From assembly GCA_043819035.1 (NCBI GenBank), contig JBDRFD010000005.1, positions 1-40,999 of the forward strand: a stretch of 40,999 nucleotides of DNA. Direction: 5' to 3'. This DNA comes from Patescibacteria group bacterium. GTDB taxonomy: Bacteria > Patescibacteriota > Gracilibacteria > Peribacterales > Peribacteraceae. Under the pieces are notes generated by a model, which was not told the origin of the DNA, ran no database searches, and was given only the letters and a program-made list of their open reading frames with translations. A program made the translations under genes and the position numbers. Each line of letters begins with the position of its first letter. Position 1 is the first letter of the stretch. This document shows, in pieces, positions 35,675 to 40,999 of this stretch.

Positions 35675-35861
35675 GTATTCGCCTAATCGCGCGAATAGTC
35701 CATAATAAAAACATACGATTTGAAACTTACCAAAAGCCGAAATGTATTCGCCTATTCGCGCGAATAGTCCACTATAAATGTTATTTTGTAATACATTCAA
35801 ATTTAAAAAGTATTCGCCTACTGGTGGTGAGCATATCGAACCATTCGTGCGAATAGTCCAC
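35675..35861. repeat. Three regularly spaced ~27-bp palindromic repeats upstream of the ArsR gene
   Basis: GTATTCGCCTA(A/T)TCG(C/T)GCGAATAGTCC starting at 35675, 35744 and 35810; the third has a 23-bp insert. Confidence 0.85.
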
Positions 35862-35886
35862 TAATATGACACATAGCTTCTGAGCC

Positions 35887-37056
35887 TCACGTCACCACCT
35901 CTTCAAGCCGATTCTCATCAATTGCTGTTTTTAATTCGATCCCGATACGCTCCCCCACACTCATCGATTCTCCATATAAGTATCCTGAGTAAGGAGTCGA
36001 ACGTGTACCGGGTGAGCCTGGAATCCTCAAAGAAACATCGAAAATCACGATATCCTCTCTCCCATCTTCTGCGACTACCGCACCCTGAAGAGCAAACGGT
36101 CCGATGATTCCTTTCTGGGATGGATCGACATCGGGTGTGAGTGATTTCGTCGCCTCCACAAACTTATCACCTAGATCGAATGCTTTCTCTAAAATTGATT
36201 CTTTGACTGTGCAAGCAACGTGTCCCGTTTCGATCATCTTCGGCTCAATTCCAAATTCCAGTGCGTGTTCCTGCTGCGGGGCAAGCATCCTAAGAAATCC
36301 ATCCAGGTTTGTCTGGCGCCGCATATCGGTACCCATCAGTTCGAGCTCCTTCGTGAACGGTGAGTAGAAGAAGTTGAAGTTCACGTGCGCCCCAACGATA
36401 AATTCTTCAATGGTTGCTTTGCGCCAATTAGACGCAATGCGGCCGGTTTCCTCGAGTTTCGTTCCCTCTTCCTCCCATGATTCGGGACTATTGCATATAA
36501 AAAAGGCACGCTCGTAACCTCGCTGAGCTTCATTCGCTTTCACCAATACAGGACGATCTATCTCTTCGGAATTCTTGAAAATTTTCGGCGTTCGAATACC
36601 CGCCATGTGCAGGAGGTCATACTGCGTAAAGTTCTGATCGCGCTCTTCGAACCGTAACAAGTGCCGCGACCCAAAAATTGGAACGTTGAATTCATTCTCA
36701 ACCTTCGTGAAATCATCGAAGTACACCCAGAAGTAGCGGTTATGAATGAAAATAGTGTTCAGAGATCTAAGTTGCTCCTGTATTTTTTTATCCAGAATAT
36801 TTTGGAAAGACTCCGTTACAATCACTTCATCGATACAACCAAGCTTTTCGACGTCCGATGCCTGACGTCCGCTGTTTGACGTCCTCGTTTTAAAATATTT
36901 CGTGTACGTCTTCTCCCTCCCCTTCCTCGCAACACACACCGTCTTGAATCCCACCTGTTTCGCTCCATGACACACATCGAGTGCACTGTGTCCACCAAGG
37001 ACCCCGACAGTGATGTCTTTAAGATCATAACCTTTAAGGAGTTGAGCAGTATCCAT
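35887..37056 (-). CDS. purP: PurP-like ATP-grasp protein (DUF1246/DUF1297 type)
   Basis: GVLGGHSALD, YERAFF, GTDMRRQTNLDG, ESILEKAF, GIIGPFALQG, FDVSLRIPGSPG. Confidence 0.85.
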   Translation of the reverse strand: MDTAQLLKGYDLKDITVGVLGGHSALDVCHGAKQVGFKTVCVARKGREKTYTKYFKTRTSNSGRQASDVEKLGCIDEVIVTESFQNILDKKIQEQLRSLNTIFIHNRYFWVYFDDFTKVENEFNVPIFGSRHLLRFEERDQNFTQYDLLHMAGIRTPKIFKNSEEIDRPVLVKANEAQRGYERAFFICNSPESWEEEGTKLEETGRIASNWRKATIEEFIVGAHVNFNFFYSPFTKELELMGTDMRRQTNLDGFLRMLAPQQEHALEFGIEPKMIETGHVACTVKESILEKAFDLGDKFVEATKSLTPDVDPSQKGIIGPFALQGAVVAEDGREDIVIFDVSLRIPGSPGTRSTPYSGYLYGESMSVGERIGIELKTAIDENRLEEVVT

Positions 37057-37075
37057 TTATGAAAAGTGTAGAGAA

Positions 37076-37138
37076 AAAATCAGAAACCAGAAACTAAAAA
37101 CTAAAAACCGAATTGTCCATTGTCCATTGCCAATTATC
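37076..37138. repeat. Two abutting 7-nt arrays between the purP paralogues
   Basis: AAATCAGAAACCAGAAACTAAAAACTAAAAACC then AATTGTCCATTGTCCATTGCCAATT. Confidence 0.75.
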
Positions 37139-38189
37139 CAAGAACTTCCTCCAACCGCCCAGACTCAATCGCCTGCTTAATATCCCTCGCCATCCTCCGC
37201 CCCGTGCTCATTGGCACATCATACTTGAGTGCCGAATAAGGAGAACCTTCGATAAACGGATTTGTTCCGGCCACAATCCTAGCACTGATTTCGAAGACCA
37301 GGACTTCCAGCTTGCGTGTGACAATTGTTTCCAGGCAGAACGGACCGAAGAGACCCTTCCCACCACAGACCTCCCTGCTGGTCTCGACGACTCTGTCCCC
37401 CATATCAAACATCAGTGGCAGGAGCGATTCACGTACAACCACCGGAATATTCCCGACTATTGTGTAACTGGTATGAATATTTGCTGCCAATTGATCCTCT
37501 GCCTTAATTCGCCCGATGGAATCCGCATTTGATTCATAGCGTTTGTCGAAGCTGAGGATCTCAAGCTCTTTTGTGATCGTCGAGTAGAAGTAGTGGATAT
37601 ATAGCGGGACTCCCACAACATATTCCTGAAGCACGAAGTCATTTTGATCCGGATACTTGCGATTCTTCACTTCGTAAAACTGCTCAGGTGTCTTGGCAAT
37701 AAAGTACCCGAATCCCCCACCCGCCCCATGGAATTTTACAATCACCGGTTTATCAATATCCTCCGGCCTTTCATAGACCCGCGGAAGTTTTAAGCCCGCT
37801 TTCTCCATCCATACACGTTCTTTCTTGCGGTCAGACTCCCACTCGAGAATCTCCTTCGTCCCGTAGTACATCACCTTCATTTTCTGAACACGATCGTGAC
37901 CCATATATGCAATAAAGGAACCGTGAGGAATCACAATCGCATTGCGCTTGATCAGCTCCTCTTCCAGCTTTTCGTCCCATGCATCGAAGCTGTTTATAGT
38001 GATTATTTCATCTGCCACCGGATATGCTTTGTATGGCCGCTCCCGACCTTTGCAGCAAATTGCCAACGTACGCATTCCCTCATCCTTCGCCCCTTTCAAT
38101 ATCTGCAGCGCGGAGTGGCTTCCCAGAGTTGCAATCACGAAATCCTTAGAATTCGTGGAAGCCGGAAGAATGGGAGATCCCTTTTTCAT
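37134..38189 (-). CDS. purP: Formate-dependent FAICAR synthetase PurP (archaeal type)
   Basis: IATLGSHSALQILKGAKDEG, IPHGSFIAY, DKRYESNAD, VGNIPVVVRESLL, GPFCLE, FEISARIVAGTN. Confidence 0.92.
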   Translation of the reverse strand: MKKGSPILPASTNSKDFVIATLGSHSALQILKGAKDEGMRTLAICCKGRERPYKAYPVADEIITINSFDAWDEKLEEELIKRNAIVIPHGSFIAYMGHDRVQKMKVMYYGTKEILEWESDRKKERVWMEKAGLKLPRVYERPEDIDKPVIVKFHGAGGGFGYFIAKTPEQFYEVKNRKYPDQNDFVLQEYVVGVPLYIHYFYSTITKELEILSFDKRYESNADSIGRIKAEDQLAANIHTSYTIVGNIPVVVRESLLPLMFDMGDRVVETSREVCGGKGLFGPFCLETIVTRKLEVLVFEISARIVAGTNPFIEGSPYSALKYDVPMSTGRRMARDIKQAIESGRLEEVLG

Positions 38190-38254
38190 GGTATTTTGGG
38201 CATTGTACCAAATTCCTATTGCTTGGCAAGCTCTCTTTTATACAAGTTTTTCTT

Positions 38255-38713
38255 TTACTCTGAAAAGCTTTCTCCAAGCGGAAAATCAACTTCACGAGTA
38301 CATACTTCCCCGCTGCCTGAAACATGCGGAAATTGCATCTGGAGATGAATTCGAACAATCTTGTGTGTTTCTGGATCAATTACATCAATCAGTTGCGTTC
38401 GTACAAGTTTAACTGTGGCTTCCATCCCCACATCTTCATGAGCATGTTCACTCATGAGCCACTTCAATAACTCAATATCGGGGGCAATGTCGTTTTCAAA
38501 CCGTCGCATGACTTCTTGATACCTTTCAATAGGTACTCCTCTACGCTTACAAATCTCTGCTGTGAGTCCCGCAAACAAATCTGACCATGCCATTACTGCA
38601 GCATTTTTGTCAGGTGCTCTTTCATACTCCGCCCATTGTGTAATGAGACCAGTCTGCATGCCATTCCACTCTCTAAGCCCTACATCTGTACCGTCAGCGT
38701 GGTGCGCATTCAT
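38255..38713 (-). CDS. Hypothetical protein
   Basis: 152-aa ORF with an AT-rich upstream region; no motif recognised. Confidence 0.6.
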   Translation of the reverse strand: MNAHHADGTDVGLREWNGMQTGLITQWAEYERAPDKNAAVMAWSDLFAGLTAEICKRRGVPIERYQEVMRRFENDIAPDIELLKWLMSEHAHEDVGMEATVKLVRTQLIDVIDPETHKIVRIHLQMQFPHVSGSGEVCTREVDFPLGESFSE

Positions 38714-38845
38714 GATATTGCGGGAAAGATTACTCTTTTATATAGATATAATCTACTATTATTAGCTATTGTCAATATCTTATTTACCGCTTGAATATAG
38801 GCACATCCGTTGCACCGTTCCATCTGATCGCTACAATAGCTCAAC

Positions 38846-40099
38846 ATGAACAAGCGCCTCATCTTCTTCCTTGGCCTCGCACTCGTCCCTGTTATCGCAC
38901 TGGGAATCTTCTTCCCGGATCGTGCTTTAGATGGAGCTAAGGACACAGGCGATGGCATTTACGTCTCCACGACAGGAGCAGATATTGTCGTGTTCGTCAG
39001 CAAAGACTGTCCGCACTGCAAAGACCTGAAGGAATATGCAGGGTTGCAAGAATGGGAAATCGAGTACCTCGAAATCTCTGAGGCCGAGAGCCAGAAATTA
39101 TTTTCGAAACTCCAGGAACGCGCACCGGGCCTCAATCAAGGAGTACCCACAACCGTTATCAACCAAGATATTATTCAAGGGTACAAAAATCATGAAACAA
39201 CGGGGCAACTTTTAAGTTTCCTGCTCAAACGTTGCCGAGATTCCGATGAAGGATGCCAACCATTCATCGAATTTTTAGAGAGCGATATCCATGTTGAAGT
39301 TCGAGCATCGGAAGGTATTTGCGAAGATGGATGCGAAGTGGATCTGGATAAGTACATCTTTGATCTTCCACTTTTGGGCAAGGTCGATTTGACACTTATG
39401 TCACTCCCCGCTCTCTCGATTCTTCTCGGATTCCTCGACGGCTTTAATCCATGCGCGATGTGGGTGCTGATCACACTCCTGACCTTGCTAATCAGCACAA
39501 AGGATATGCGGAAGGTTTGGGTGATCGGCGGAACTTTCCTCTTTGTAAGCGGTGCGGTGTACTACTTCTTCATTGCTGCATGGCTCAATGCATTCCTGCT
39601 TATTGGCTACAACCTCTGGGTACAGAAAATCATCGGCATTGTGGCGATTGGCGGAGGAGGCTTCTACTTCTATGAAGCATACGGCAAGAATCCAAACGAG
39701 TGCCAGATAACGAACATGTCGCAACGACAGAAAACCATTGCAAAGATGAAAGAGATTCTGAAAATCTCCGCATGGCCCGCGATGATTATCGGAGTCGCGA
39801 TACTCGCCTTCTCGGTGAATCTGATTGAGCTGGTGTGCACCGCAGGACTTCCAGCAGTCTTCACGCAAATCCTGGCATTCAATGATGTAAGTAACATCGC
39901 GCGCTACGGTTACATGGCACTCTACATTCTGTTGTACATGATTGATGACTTCGTGATCTTCGCAATCGCTGTGTACACATTGCACGCCTCAGGACTAACC
40001 TCCAAGTACGCCCGCTTCACGCTCGTCTTCGGCGGATTCCTGATGTACGCGCTGGGGATTCTGTTAATATTTGCACCTGAAGTGCTCACATTCTCCTAA
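38846..40099 (+). CDS. Glutaredoxin-like domain fused to a CcdA/DsbD-like membrane domain
   Basis: CPHC and GVPT thioredoxin-fold motifs; membrane part with LDGFNPCA and ELVCTAGLP cysteines. Confidence 0.85.
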   Translation: MNKRLIFFLGLALVPVIALGIFFPDRALDGAKDTGDGIYVSTTGADIVVFVSKDCPHCKDLKEYAGLQEWEIEYLEISEAESQKLFSKLQERAPGLNQGVPTTVINQDIIQGYKNHETTGQLLSFLLKRCRDSDEGCQPFIEFLESDIHVEVRASEGICEDGCEVDLDKYIFDLPLLGKVDLTLMSLPALSILLGFLDGFNPCAMWVLITLLTLLISTKDMRKVWVIGGTFLFVSGAVYYFFIAAWLNAFLLIGYNLWVQKIIGIVAIGGGGFYFYEAYGKNPNECQITNMSQRQKTIAKMKEILKISAWPAMIIGVAILAFSVNLIELVCTAGLPAVFTQILAFNDVSNIARYGYMALYILLYMIDDFVIFAIAVYTLHASGLTSKYARFTLVFGGFLMYALGILLIFAPEVLTFS

Positions 40100-40108
40100 A
40101 AACTGATA

Positions 40109-40250
40109 AATGGAAAAGGGTAAGGGGAAAGTGGTAAAGGGTAAGGAGTAAGGAGTAAGGGATAAAGGGTAAGTGGAAAGTGGAAAGTGGAAAACGGATA
40201 CCATTCACGGTAAATAACTTTCGTTTTCCCTTTTCCCTTTTCCCTTTTCA
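40109..40250. repeat. Inverted 7-nt repeat (GGGTAAG/GGAAAGT vs TTTTCCC)
   Basis: Long G/A-rich 7-mer array (GGTAAGG, AGTAAGG, TGGAAAG) followed by (TTTTCCC)3. Confidence 0.8.
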
Positions 40251-40271
40251 GTTTCCTTACAGTCTGCCTAC

Positions 40272-40493
40272 TTATCGCCCCCGCGGACACTCATCCTCTT
40301 CAATGTGTGCCACTTTGCATCCTTTAAATGCTTCTTCTACAAGAAGGAGCACCCTTTTAGATGTCACACGTACTTCAATAACTTCATGACGCACTTCGTG
40401 TATCTCGTCTTCTGGCACACCAACTTCCTGCAATTTGGCACGTACAAAGGGTTTACGTACTTCATCGTCTACAATGATATGACGAACCTCCAT
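40272..40493 (-). CDS. Small hypothetical protein
   Basis: 73-aa ORF, GAGGAG upstream on the minus strand. Confidence 0.5.
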   Translation of the reverse strand: MEVRHIIVDDEVRKPFVRAKLQEVGVPEDEIHEVRHEVIEVRVTSKRVLLLVEEAFKGCKVAHIEEDECPRGR

Positions 40494-40591
40494 AGGCGCA
40501 TTGTTTTACTCCTCTTGTTTTCAGTCGTCAACGTACAAGCTATCCGAACTGCTTCGTTTGGCTAAGAAAACCCAAGCAAGAACTCGTTTTC

Positions 40592-40640
40592 CCTGCCTGC
40601 CGGCAGGCAGGCACTTACCCTTTACACCTTACCCTTTTCT
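40592..40640. repeat. Perfect 20-bp palindrome inside a 7-nt array
   Basis: CCTGCCTGCCGGCAGGCAGG (40592-40611) followed by CACTTACCCTTTACACCTTACCCTTTT. Confidence 0.8.
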
Positions 40641-40642
40641 TT

Positions 40643-40999
40643 TTACTGCTTGCCCACATACCGTTGCCCTTCACGCTCATTCACCAAACAACGAGTGTAG
40701 CGTTGTGAGGTTTTGTCGTACTGCTCACAATGATTATTAACACGTGGCTTGGGTTTCACAGGAATCACGGCAGTATTCACCATTGCCTGCTCACGAACTT
40801 CTTCTGCAACCTTACAATCTTGTTCTGCATTGTTGAGCGTTACTGCAATCTGATCACGCAACTGAGCATACTTGGCTGTGTTCGGAATAATGCGTTTTGC
40901 AGCTTCACGCATCTGCGCAACCACGCGAACAGTTTCATCGCATTGAGTACTGACCTGGACAGCAGGTTGTTCCTTCACAGGAGTCTGAGGATAGCGCGG
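40643..40999 (-). CDS. Hypothetical protein, C-terminal part (enters from window end)
   Basis: Frame of ORF 40643..40978 stays open to the window edge. Confidence 0.6.
   Translation of the reverse strand, partial: PRYPQTPVKEQPAVQVSTQCDETVRVVAQMREAAKRIIPNTAKYAQLRDQIAVTLNNAEQDCKVAEEVREQAMVNTAVIPVKPKPRVNNHCEQYDKTSQRYTRCLVNEREGQRYVGKQ

Noticed and set aside
35675-35861. Bona fide CRISPR-Cas locus
   Set aside because: Only three repeats, one disrupted, and no cas genes in the window; kept as a repeat/operator finding.
1-40999. Alternative genetic code 25 (TGA=Gly, Gracilibacteria/SR1)
   Set aside because: Conserved genes are full length under code 11, and several end at TGA at the expected position (rsmI, hrcA, dnaX).

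Overview
A 41-kb bacterial chromosomal segment using genetic code 11 (TGA is a stop). Gene content suggests a CPR/Patescibacteria organism, probably Peribacteria/Peregrinibacteria-like (inference): a giant Cys-rich surface protein, a lone VirB4/TrwB-like ATPase, archaeal-type PurP enzymes and few Shine-Dalgarno motifs. Housekeeping genes are dcd (partial), dnaX, 5-formyl-THF cyclo-ligase, glyA, hrcA with a CIRCE, rpmE, gyrA, rsmI, ruvA, pgi, trxA, tRNA-Ala(TGC) and two purP paralogues. An intact IS4-family element with 9-bp target duplications cuts the last codons off a thermonuclease gene. A small islet with a Fic gene follows tRNA-Ala. Two non-coding signals stand out. (1) An unannotated ~660-nt unit (16661-17319) has its own sigma70-like promoter, an intrinsic terminator, dense nested helices and an H-type pseudoknot; it is a candidate novel large ncRNA. 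(2) Many intergenic spacers hold palindromic elements built from 7-, 8- or 9-nt micro-repeats. These include six copies of a GTCTGAAYC...GRTTCAGAC family, and REP-like hairpins recurrently sit inside other repeats. No database searches or folding programs were run; all calls come from reading motifs by eye.
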